From NCBI GenBank assembly GCA_964597585.1, contig CAZQYU010000001.1, positions 632 through 64,631 of the forward strand: a DNA stretch of 64,000 nt. The letters run 5' to 3'. The notes under the pieces were generated by a model. The model saw only the letters and a program-made list of their open reading frames with translations, was not told the DNA's origin and ran no database searches. Of the stretch, positions 39,338 to 47,073 are shown piece by piece. The position numbers and the translations under genes were made by a program. The stretch is from an uncultured Thermoanaerobaculia bacterium. GTDB lineage: Bacteria > Acidobacteriota > Thermoanaerobaculia > Thermoanaerobaculales > Sulfomarinibacteraceae. How positions within the stretch are numbered: position 1 is the first letter of the stretch; the number at the start of each line of letters is the position of its first letter.

Positions 39338-41806
39338 CTAGGTGCGCAACGTGGTCATACGATTGAAGGCGAAGAGAGCGGCGAGGCCCACCGGAGCCCA
39401 GGCCCCGAGGAGGGGAGGGAGGATGTCGGCTTCGCCCATCTTTCCGAACACCGCGACGAGCAGGAAGTAGCCGATCCCGAGCGCAAGCGCCAGGGCGACT
39501 CCGTTGATGGTGGTGATCCGGCGACCGCCGCGGTTGAGTCCGAATGGGAGTGCCAGCAGCACCATCACGAATGCAGACAGCGGATAGGTGATCTTCTGAT
39601 ACCAGCGTACGATGAGCTTGACGGGACGATAGCCGGACTCGGTCAGTTCGGTGATGTAGCTCTCGAGCTCGCGGTAGCTCATCTCTCCGGGCTGGTGGTG
39701 CTCCTGCCCGAAGTAGCTCGGGGCCTCGGGAACTCCCAGCTCCATCGGCTCAGTGATGCTGTGAAAGACGTCGCTCCCGTCGGGGAGGAACTTCCGGAAC
39801 CAGCCCGAGTCGGCGATCCAGCCCCCGTGCTGATACTGCACTCGATCGGCAAAGAGCTGGAAGGTGAGGTGGAAATTCGAATCGAGCCTGAACATCGAAA
39901 AGCGCAGCATCGTCTGCGCCTGTGGGTCGAACTGCAGGAAGTTGTAGAGGGTCGAACCATCCCTCGACAGGAGCCAGAGGCGGTCGGCCCCGTACGAGCG
40001 GCTGGTCTCCCGTCCCTTGATACGGTCGAGCAGACGCTGCGCCTCGCGGTTGGCCTGCGGCACCACCGATTCCCCCAGGAACCATAGGCCGGTGGCCGCC
40101 CCCGCGGCGAGCAGAAGAACCGGCACCATGACCCGGAACAGCGAGATCCCGGCGGCCTTGAAGGCGGTCAGCTCGACCTGACGCTCCATGATCGTCAGGG
40201 CGATCAGGACCGCGATCAGAAGGCCCAGCGGCGTCACGTCGAGAAGGACCTGGGGTATGAGGTTGGCGTAGTAGGCGACCGCGACCGACGCGGAGACCGA
40301 GCTCTTCGCAAGGTCGTCGATCCGGTCCGTGAGGTCAACCACCACGTACAGCGCCGAGGCCGTCAGGAGCACCAGGAGTAGGGGAGTCAGGAGCCTCGTC
40401 GCCACGTAGCGGTCGAGCATCGCCGGGAAGCGGGTCCCGTACCGTCGCTTCTGGAGCGACGTGGGAATCGACCCCGTCAAAGGAGGCCTCAGGCCGGCCG
40501 CCTCCCGGGCGGGCCGAGGGCGGGAGGCTTCGCGATGCGCACGCCACGCTCGCGCCAAACGTGACGTGATTCTCTCGCCGCGCCGTCGTTCGCCGAGCCA
40601 GTAGCCCATGCGACGCATCATCACCAGCGCGACTCCGGCGACCAGTACGTTGGCGAGCCAGGACCCGACCCAGACCGGAACTCGACCCTCCTGTGCCAGC
40701 AGCCGGCCGTTGTTGAAGATGATGTAGTAGGCGAGGATCACGCCGATCGAGAGGATGAAGCCGCGCCCTCGCCCGCCGCCACGTGATCCGATCCCGAGGG
40801 GTAGGGCGATGAGGGCGAAGGCGACGCAGGCAACTGGAAGGGCGAGCCGGCTGTGCAGCTCCATGAGGACCTGAATCAGTGTCTCCTTGCGCCTCCGCTC
40901 ACCTTCCGAATCGGTTGTGCCGGCGGCGAGCTGATCGAGCAGCGTCACCAGCTCGCGTGTGGATCGCTCGCGCATGCCGAGGCTGACCTCGACAGTACCC
41001 CGCTCATTCGGGATCAGCTTGACGAGCTGCGTCTGGTTCACATTGCGTCGGTAGGTGGCTGGGTGGCTGGATGAGAACTGATGGGTCGTGGCGTCTTCCA
41101 GAAGGAGCCAGGGTGTGCCCTCGCCGCCCCCTTGGGGGACGCCCTCCGGGGCGTCGACGCCGTCGTTGGCGGTTGGCCGCTCTGCCACGAGCCGCCCACT
41201 GCGGGCGAGCGTCAAGAGCTCCTCATCGGGGTTGCTGCGGTCGTAGAGCAGCACATTGTGCCAGACGGAGGTCACCGGATCGACATCCTCGACGTAGAGC
41301 AGCAGGTTCGGAAAGCTCTCGTTGAACACTCTCGGCTCGACCCGCCCCAGGCTCTTGGCCGACGTGAACATCTCCACCTTCATCACCCGCAGCTCTCGGT
41401 TCGCCCGGGGCATGACGATCAAGGTCAACCAGGCATTCAGCGCACCGAACACGAGCGACAGGGCGAGTACGGGGACGAGCACACGACGCATTGAGATGCC
41501 CGCCGCCTGGAGAGCTGTGATCTCGTTGTCACCGTTCATTCGCCCGAGCGCGAGCAGGACGCCGAACAGGTAGCTCATCGGAACTGTCAGCACGACGACA
41601 TGGGGAACCGTCAGTGAGAGGAACCGGAGCGCCTGGTGGAATGGGACGCCACGGACGAAGACCTGCTCCATCAACCCGAAGATCGGCCGCATGAGGAGGA
41701 AGAAAGTGTAGGTGCCGAAACCGAGCGCCGTCGGACCCAACACCTCCCGCACCAGTGAGCGGTCGAGCACGCCGCCGACGGACAGGCTGAATCGCCGTCG
41801 CCTCAC
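39338..41806 (-). CDS. Fused LptF-LptG lipopolysaccharide export permease (two YjgP/YjgQ-family halves in one ORF)
   Basis: The N-half reads LDRSLVREVLGPTALGFGTYTFFLLM...NGDNEITALQAAGISMRRVL. The C-half reads MLDRYVATRLLTPLLLVLL...ERQVELTAFKAAGISLFRVM. An Arg-rich linker of about 70 aa joins them, with no stop codon between the halves. Confidence 0.8.
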   Translation of the reverse strand: MRRRRFSLSVGGVLDRSLVREVLGPTALGFGTYTFFLLMRPIFGLMEQVFVRGVPFHQALRFLSLTVPHVVVLTVPMSYLFGVLLALGRMNGDNEITALQAAGISMRRVLVPVLALSLVFGALNAWLTLIVMPRANRELRVMKVEMFTSAKSLGRVEPRVFNESFPNLLLYVEDVDPVTSVWHNVLLYDRSNPDEELLTLARSGRLVAERPTANDGVDAPEGVPQGGGEGTPWLLLEDATTHQFSSSHPATYRRNVNQTQLVKLIPNERGTVEVSLGMRERSTRELVTLLDQLAAGTTDSEGERRRKETLIQVLMELHSRLALPVACVAFALIALPLGIGSRGGGRGRGFILSIGVILAYYIIFNNGRLLAQEGRVPVWVGSWLANVLVAGVALVMMRRMGYWLGERRRGERITSRLARAWRAHREASRPRPAREAAGLRPPLTGSIPTSLQKRRYGTRFPAMLDRYVATRLLTPLLLVLLTASALYVVVDLTDRIDDLAKSSVSASVAVAYYANLIPQVLLDVTPLGLLIAVLIALTIMERQVELTAFKAAGISLFRVMVPVLLLAAGAATGLWFLGESVVPQANREAQRLLDRIKGRETSRSYGADRLWLLSRDGSTLYNFLQFDPQAQTMLRFSMFRLDSNFHLTFQLFADRVQYQHGGWIADSGWFRKFLPDGSDVFHSITEPMELGVPEAPSYFGQEHHQPGEMSYRELESYITELTESGYRPVKLIVRWYQKITYPLSAFVMVLLALPFGLNRGGRRITTINGVALALALGIGYFLLVAVFGKMGEADILPPLLGAWAPVGLAALFAFNRMTTLRT

Positions 41807-41977
41807 GACAGGAGCCTCTGAGCCGACATCACCGCGAAAGTCTACACGAGCGCGAATCGATCCCTATGGGGCGGACTGCGGTCTGAAGAAGGCGAGCGCC
41901 TGCCGGGAACCGAACCGTGCGTCGCACCGCCCCCCGGCCACGTCGGTATCGGGTCCCACTCGGCCATGACGTATCGG

Positions 41978-42048
41978 CGTTCCACAACGGCCAGGGGAGG
42001 GCCAGTCTCTCCACAGGTTTTCCACAGGCACACCGCACGTGCACAGGG
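41978..42048 (+). promoter_or_regulatory. Cluster of CCACA-containing direct repeats (DnaA-box-like)
   Basis: The boxes are cgTTCCACA (41978-41986), ctCTCCACA (42007-42015) and TTTTCCACA (42018-42026). The last fits TTWTNCACA. TCCACAGG is repeated at 42010 and 42021 (11-bp phasing), and CACAGG occurs again at 42043. Confidence 0.3.
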
Positions 42049-42057
42049 CAGGTCCCA

Positions 42058-42107
42058 GATTCAATGTCCGATAAGATATATTATGTAAACCTGAGGCTCA
42101 AAACGAT
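42058..42107. promoter_or_regulatory. AT-rich island (about one-third GC) downstream of parB and upstream of lptFG, containing GATATAT
   Basis: The sequence is gattcaatgtccgataagatatattatgtaaacctgaggctcaaaacgat, with GATATAT at 42075-42081. Confidence 0.35.
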
Positions 42108-42220
42108 GCATTCTGCGTCCCCAAACAGGCGTCCATCCGCCCGACCTCTCGCGCTATACCCCATGAATCTGGAAACTGGATGGATGATGGCCAGCCGTGG
42201 CGAGGGGCCCCGCGGGCCCT

Positions 42221-43114
42221 TCAGGAATCCTGAGCGCCACCCCTGTTGCTCGCGCTGCGGAGCTCCTTGAGCATCTCCTCGAGTGCGGCAATGATGTCGT
42301 CGGTTGCGGGCTCCGCCTCCGTCCGGAAGGAAAGCGACAGCGTAAACGGCCGATCGGGTCGGCTCAGCCGAACGACGAACGGCTTTCTACGCGTGGAGGA
42401 AGCCTGGGCCTCCCCTGAGTGCTCACCCACGGGCGGACCCTCCTCATTCGGGAGATCCGCATCTGCGCCCGTCAAGGCCGCCCGCAACCGACGCAGCTCA
42501 GCGCGATCCGCGCCGCCGTGCTCGATGGCGTCGAGCAGAGCGTGCATCGCGGCCTCATCTGGAGCCTTGGCAAGCTCGAGCAGCACGCCCTTTGCCAGAA
42601 TGTCGGCATGCCGACATCGATCGCGGACACTCTCGGGGAGGTCGAGGATGCGCAGAGTCTCGGTGACCGTCACCCTGGAACGTCCAACGGCGGAAGCGAT
42701 CTGCTCGTGGGTGTATCGGTACTTCTGTAGCAGCGTCTTGAAGCCCTCGGCCTCCTCGAACGGCGTCAAGTCCTTTCGCTGGAGGTTCTCGACAAGGGCG
42801 ATCTCGAGCGCCGTCTCATCGCCGACCGTCAGCTCAATACAGGGAACCTCGGCCAGCCCGGCCTGGAGGGCGGCATGGAAGCGTCGCTCACCAGAAACGA
42901 GCTCATAGGCATTGGGCCCGTCCTCCCGGCGGCGAACCAGCAGCGGTTCGAGCACGCCGTGCTTGCTGATGCTCACCACAAGGTCGGTGAGGTCACCCAG
43001 GGTGCTCCGAGGCTGGTCGTGATTGGAGGTAATGGAACCAATGGGGACCATTCGGCCCAATCCCTCCCCCATCCGCTGCGTAAGCTCGTCAACGTAGTGG
43101 CGATCGTGGCGCAT
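42221..43114 (-). CDS. parB: Chromosome partitioning protein ParB/Spo0J
   Basis: QPRSTLGDLTDLVVSISKHGVLEPLLVRR and YELVSGERRFHAA form the ParB box. The HTH is THEQIASAVGRSRVTVTETLRIL. ATG 43114 is preferred over the track start 43171, which overlaps parA. Confidence 0.9.
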   Translation of the reverse strand: MRHDRHYVDELTQRMGEGLGRMVPIGSITSNHDQPRSTLGDLTDLVVSISKHGVLEPLLVRRREDGPNAYELVSGERRFHAALQAGLAEVPCIELTVGDETALEIALVENLQRKDLTPFEEAEGFKTLLQKYRYTHEQIASAVGRSRVTVTETLRILDLPESVRDRCRHADILAKGVLLELAKAPDEAAMHALLDAIEHGGADRAELRRLRAALTGADADLPNEEGPPVGEHSGEAQASSTRRKPFVVRLSRPDRPFTLSLSFRTEAEPATDDIIAALEEMLKELRSASNRGGAQDS

Positions 43115-43139
43115 GCGTCGGCGCTCCGGGAGGCCCCGC

Positions 43140-43898
43140 TTAATTGCCGACACGTTGCAGGACCTCCTCACACAGTGCGTAGTACTCGAAAGCGCCGCTC
43201 GAGTCCGGGGCGTAGGCGAAGATGCTCTGCCGGTGGGCCGGCGATTCCTCGAGGCGCACGGATTTTGTGATCAGGGTGTCGAACACCAGCTCGTGGAAGA
43301 CCTCCACGATCTCCTCATAGACCTGGCGCGAGAGCAGGGTTCGCCTGTCGTACATCGTGACCAGCACGCCCAGGATGCGGAGCTCGGTATTGGGGCGAGC
43401 CTTGATCTTGTCGATGGTCTCGAGGAGATCGTCCGTTCCCTCCAGTGCGAAATACGAGGACTGGATGGGGATCAGGACATGGCTCGAGGCGACCATGGCG
43501 TTGAGCGTGATCAGCCCGAGTGTCGGGGGTGTGTCGATAATGACCGCCTCGTACGAGGACGCGACACCGTCGAGGCAGTCCTTCATCCGATAGGGTGCGT
43601 CGAGCTCGCCGACCAAGGAGACCTCGAGCTTGGCCATGGCGATGCGGGACGGTGCGACGTCGAGGTTGGGCGTCTGGGAAGGGCGGATGACCGAGTCCAT
43701 CGGTGCATGGCCGGTCAGGACGTCGAACATGTTTTGACCGACGTTGTCGAGATCGAGGTTCGACATCGTCGAGTTGGCCTGGGGGTCGAGGTCGACAAGA
43801 AGCGTTCGAAGGCCTTTGTGGGCAAGGCCTGCGGCGAGATTGATGGCGGTGGTGGTTTTGCCCACTCCACCCTTCTGGTTGGCAACGGCGAGGATCAT
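43140..43898 (-). CDS. parA: Chromosome partitioning ATPase ParA/Soj
   Basis: MILAVANQKGGVGKTTTAINLAA is the deviant Walker A motif. 252 aa. Confidence 0.95.
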   Translation of the reverse strand: MILAVANQKGGVGKTTTAINLAAGLAHKGLRTLLVDLDPQANSTMSNLDLDNVGQNMFDVLTGHAPMDSVIRPSQTPNLDVAPSRIAMAKLEVSLVGELDAPYRMKDCLDGVASSYEAVIIDTPPTLGLITLNAMVASSHVLIPIQSSYFALEGTDDLLETIDKIKARPNTELRILGVLVTMYDRRTLLSRQVYEEIVEVFHELVFDTLITKSVRLEESPAHRQSIFAYAPDSSGAFEYYALCEEVLQRVGN

Positions 43899-44013
43899 GG
43901 CGAGCGTCGGCCTCCGCTTCGGTGGAGGTCAAACTGTAGCGGCCACGGAGAAGGCTGTCAACGCGAAGTGCAGCCTCGACGTTACTCAGGTCACGCTGAA
44001 GGTACTGAAATGG

Positions 44014-44559
44014 CTACATTTCATACTCGCCGAGATCCTCTGGCTGGAGTCGCTCGAGGACCGCCCGAAGGACCTCCTCGGTTCGGCCATCGTCGTGATG
44101 CGCGTGCTCGAGGACCTCCTCGCAGACCAGGATGGGCGCTCCAGCGCGCAACGCAATGGCGATGGCGTCGGACGGCCGAGCATCGACGACACATCCGTGA
44201 TCGCCGTTGTGAAGGTGGATCGCGGCGAAGAACACGCCCTCTCGAAGCGTGTGGATGTGGACGTGGTCAACAGCGTGGCGGGTCGCCTCCAAGAGGGACA
44301 GAGCGAGGTCGTGCGTCATCGGCCTGGGTGTGACGACACCCTCCATCTCGAGTGCGATGGCGTTGGCCTCACAGACCCCGATCCAGATCGGGAGGTAGCG
44401 TTCGCAGCCAGGCTCTTGAAGGACGACGACCGGCATCTTGGACACGGGGTCCATCATCATCGCCTTAATTTCCATGCGAATCGACGTTGTGGCAGGAGCG
44501 GTCGGATCAGCCATACCCATAATGTGTCCGGTAGCACGATGCCTGTCAAGACGCGGCAT
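44014..44559 (-). CDS. Bifunctional nuclease family protein (DUF151/BFN domain)
   Basis: PVVVLQEPGCERYLPIWIGVCEANAIALEMEGVVTPRPMTHDL is the BFN core. The start is uncertain (ATG 44559, 44520, 44514 or 44475). Confidence 0.75.
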   Translation of the reverse strand: MPRLDRHRATGHIMGMADPTAPATTSIRMEIKAMMMDPVSKMPVVVLQEPGCERYLPIWIGVCEANAIALEMEGVVTPRPMTHDLALSLLEATRHAVDHVHIHTLREGVFFAAIHLHNGDHGCVVDARPSDAIAIALRAGAPILVCEEVLEHAHHDDGRTEEVLRAVLERLQPEDLGEYEM

Positions 44560-45913
44560 GCTCCACTCTGGAGTCTCGGGTCGGGTGGCGGGGATCTTCG
44601 GCGACGATTTCCCCGACCAGAGAGTGGGGTCCTGCGCGATCGACCCGAACCTGAACGATGTCCCCTAGCTGCTCGGCGCCGGAGCGCGGGAAGTTGATCA
44701 CCCGGTTGTCCTCTCCCCTGCCCTGCCACTGGCTTTCGCCGCGACGGCTGGTACCGTCGATGAGCACTGGGACGACCGAGCCGACCATTGCCTCGTTGAG
44801 CTCGACCGAAATCTGCTCGGTGAGGGAGAACAGACGCTGGAGCCGCTCGCTGACCACCTCGGCGGGGAGTTGCTCACCGTAGAGCGCCGCGGGTGTCCTC
44901 GGCCGCGGGGAGTAGGCAAAGGCGAACACCTGTCCGAACCGGATCTGCTCGAGGAGCTCGAGGCTGCGAGTGAAGTCGCTCTCAGTCTCGCCCGGGAAGC
45001 CCACGATGATATCGGTGGAGAGGTTGACCTCCGGCACCGATCCGCGCAGCCGCTCCACCAACGAGATGTACTCCTCGCGCGAGTACCGCCTGTGCATGCG
45101 GCGAAGAATGGCATCGGAGCCCGATTGGACCGGCAGATGGAGGTAGCGGGAGACTTTGGGATGCCGCGCCAGGACGTCGATCAGCCGATCGGAGAAGTGC
45201 CGCGGGTGGGAGGTGATGAAGCGCACGCGCTCGAGCCCGCGAACTGCAGCGACCCGATCGAGGAGCTCCGCGAAGTCCGCGTCGGTCTCGGGACAGCGGT
45301 AGGCATTGATGGTCTGCCCGAGAAGCTCGACCTCCTTGAGACCTGTGGCGACGAGATGCCGGGCTTCGGCCAGCACGCCCTCCATGGGACGACTGATTTC
45401 GCGACCCCTGGTGTACGGGACCACGCAGAACGTGCAGAACTCGTTGCAGCCCTCGACGACGGTGATCATCCCGCGCGTGGAGCTGATCCTGAAGATCTGT
45501 TCGAAGTTGTATTCCTGCCTGGCATCGAAGCCCGTGAGCACCGGCCGTCGACCTTGCTCGACCAGCCGGAGAGCCTCAGCGAGGCGCCCGTTCTGGCCAG
45601 GACCGAGAACGAAAGCCACGGCGGACGAGCGCGCGAGGAGCTTCTCCCCTTCCTGCTGGGCGACGCACCCGCATACGCCGATCATCGGTGGCTCCGGCAG
45701 CTTCTCCAACTCCCCGATCCGAGAGACGATCTTGTGGACCGGCTTCTCGCGCACCGAGCAGGTGTTCAGGAGCACCAGATCGGCGGAGGAGGCGGCCTCG
45801 GCAGGAGAGAGGCCGAGGGCACGTAGCTGACCCTCGAGGTGCTCGCTGTCATGCTGGTTCATCTGACAGCCCCAGGTCTCAATGAGAAACGTTCGCATCC
45901 GTATTCTCTCCAC
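44546..45913 (-). CDS. miaB: tRNA-2-methylthio-N6-dimethylallyladenosine synthase
   Basis: FLIETWGCQMNQHDSE. The radical SAM motif is CNEFCTFCVVP. A C-terminal TRAM region is present. Confidence 0.95.
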   Translation of the reverse strand: MERIRMRTFLIETWGCQMNQHDSEHLEGQLRALGLSPAEAASSADLVLLNTCSVREKPVHKIVSRIGELEKLPEPPMIGVCGCVAQQEGEKLLARSSAVAFVLGPGQNGRLAEALRLVEQGRRPVLTGFDARQEYNFEQIFRISSTRGMITVVEGCNEFCTFCVVPYTRGREISRPMEGVLAEARHLVATGLKEVELLGQTINAYRCPETDADFAELLDRVAAVRGLERVRFITSHPRHFSDRLIDVLARHPKVSRYLHLPVQSGSDAILRRMHRRYSREEYISLVERLRGSVPEVNLSTDIIVGFPGETESDFTRSLELLEQIRFGQVFAFAYSPRPRTPAALYGEQLPAEVVSERLQRLFSLTEQISVELNEAMVGSVVPVLIDGTSRRGESQWQGRGEDNRVINFPRSGAEQLGDIVQVRVDRAGPHSLVGEIVAEDPRHPTRDSRVEHAAS

Positions 45914-45961
45914 GCAGACAACCTCACCGCCACCAGCCGAGACTGCGGTGCCAGAGGGAGT

Positions 45962-46618
45962 TCAGGGTCTCAGATCGCGAAACCAGCCAGGCAGGGCGCC
46001 GTCTCGACGTGCGTCCTCGAGGATCTGATCGAGCTTGGCCTTCTCGCTCGGGAGCCGATCCTTGAGTTGCTGGGACTCGGCGAGCGCGCGATCGAGGTTG
46101 GGCTTGATGACTCCGTCCCGGTACGCGGGATCGTCCCAAGCATAGAACTGATTCCAGAGCTTTGGGATTTCGGAGTCGAGCTCAGCGAGCCGATTCTCGA
46201 TAATCTGTACCGACTTGAGCTGACCCGAGTAGCGGCTGCGCCAGAAGTTGCGCTTCTGCTCGTCGGTCATGGTCTCGGTCGGATCCTCCCCGGTCCCACT
46301 CTGTTCGCCCACCCGATTGATCTCCACAGACCTTCCGGAACCGGACCTGCTTCCGGTCGCAGTCGTCAGCGATCCCTTCTCGGAAATCTCTGACAGGTTC
46401 GAGTTGGAGATCACCAGCTTGCCCTCCGCATCCCGTGTCGCAGCACGCAGCTTGATGCGCTTGGCCAGGTCGGCGAGGGAGTTCGACCGGGGTGCGGGCG
46501 TCGGTGTGGCCGTTGTCCCTCTGGACTGTGCCCCAGCCTGGGCGAGCAGCGCGAGGATTGCAACCACTACGGCCGCCGCGATCGCGAGACTCTTCGCACG
46601 TGGACGGTCATGGCTCAT
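45962..46618 (-). CDS. Secreted hypothetical protein (coiled-coil-like C-terminal half)
   Basis: ATG 46618 has GGGAGG 6 nt upstream. The signal peptide is KSLAIAAAVVVAILALLAQAGAQS. Confidence 0.55.
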   Translation of the reverse strand: MSHDRPRAKSLAIAAAVVVAILALLAQAGAQSRGTTATPTPAPRSNSLADLAKRIKLRAATRDAEGKLVISNSNLSEISEKGSLTTATGSRSGSGRSVEINRVGEQSGTGEDPTETMTDEQKRNFWRSRYSGQLKSVQIIENRLAELDSEIPKLWNQFYAWDDPAYRDGVIKPNLDRALAESQQLKDRLPSEKAKLDQILEDARRDGALPGWFRDLRP

Positions 46619-46688
46619 GGCGGCCTCCCTACTGTAGCGTTCCGAACGCCGCTGCGGACGTGCGTCCGAACGGGCCACGCGCGCCGTG

Positions 46689-47060
46689 TCAAGGGGCACT
46701 GGTCCCCTCTCGTCCGTAGCGGTCATCGAGACGGACGACGTCGTCAATCTGAGGGGTCGACACCTCCAGGATCGAGCAGTCGGTGCGGGCCGTCATCCGA
46801 TGCAAGAGACCCGGAGGTACGTGGAACACCGCCCCAGGGGCAAGTACATGGCTCTCCAGCGCGTCCCGGTCGGGTCCGGCATCGAGTTCGAGCTCGCCGT
46901 CGAGCACTCGGAGAGTCTCCTCCTTGACCTGATGGTACTGGAGGCTCAAGGCTTCACCAGCCCTGACGAAGAGGATCTTCCCAACGTAGGTGTCGGTCTC
47001 CGCGAAGATCTCTTCATGCCCCCAGGGCTTTTCGACGAAACGCGCCGGCCGGTGACCCAT
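46689..47060 (-). CDS. Cupin domain protein (mannose-6-phosphate-isomerase-like small cupin)
   Basis: The core reads KPWGHEEIFAETDTYVGKILFVRAGEALSLQYHQVKEETLRVLDG...HVPPGLLHR. ATG 47060 has GGAG upstream. Confidence 0.75.
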   Translation of the reverse strand: MGHRPARFVEKPWGHEEIFAETDTYVGKILFVRAGEALSLQYHQVKEETLRVLDGELELDAGPDRDALESHVLAPGAVFHVPPGLLHRMTARTDCSILEVSTPQIDDVVRLDDRYGREGTSAP

Positions 47061-47073
47061 CACGTCACGCTCC

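Noticed and set aside
42193-42215. GC hairpin (GGGCCC-CGC-GGGCCC) just after the parB stop, considered as a terminator
   Set aside because: It has a 6-bp stem with a 3-nt loop and no U-tract on the minus-strand transcript. It cannot be told apart from chance palindromes in GC-rich DNA.
41807-42220. Search for a canonical parS site (TGTTNCACGTGAAACA) near parAB
   Set aside because: Only an unrelated GCACGTGC palindrome (about 42035-42042) and isolated GTTTCAC half-sites elsewhere (for example about 51363) were seen. I found no full parS by eye, and a computed scan is still needed.
42064-42270. 68-aa plus-strand ORF (MSDKIYYVNLRL...) starting in the second AT island and running antisense into the parB 3' end
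   Set aside because: It has mixed third-position composition unlike real genes here, no RBS and no motif, and it overlaps parB.
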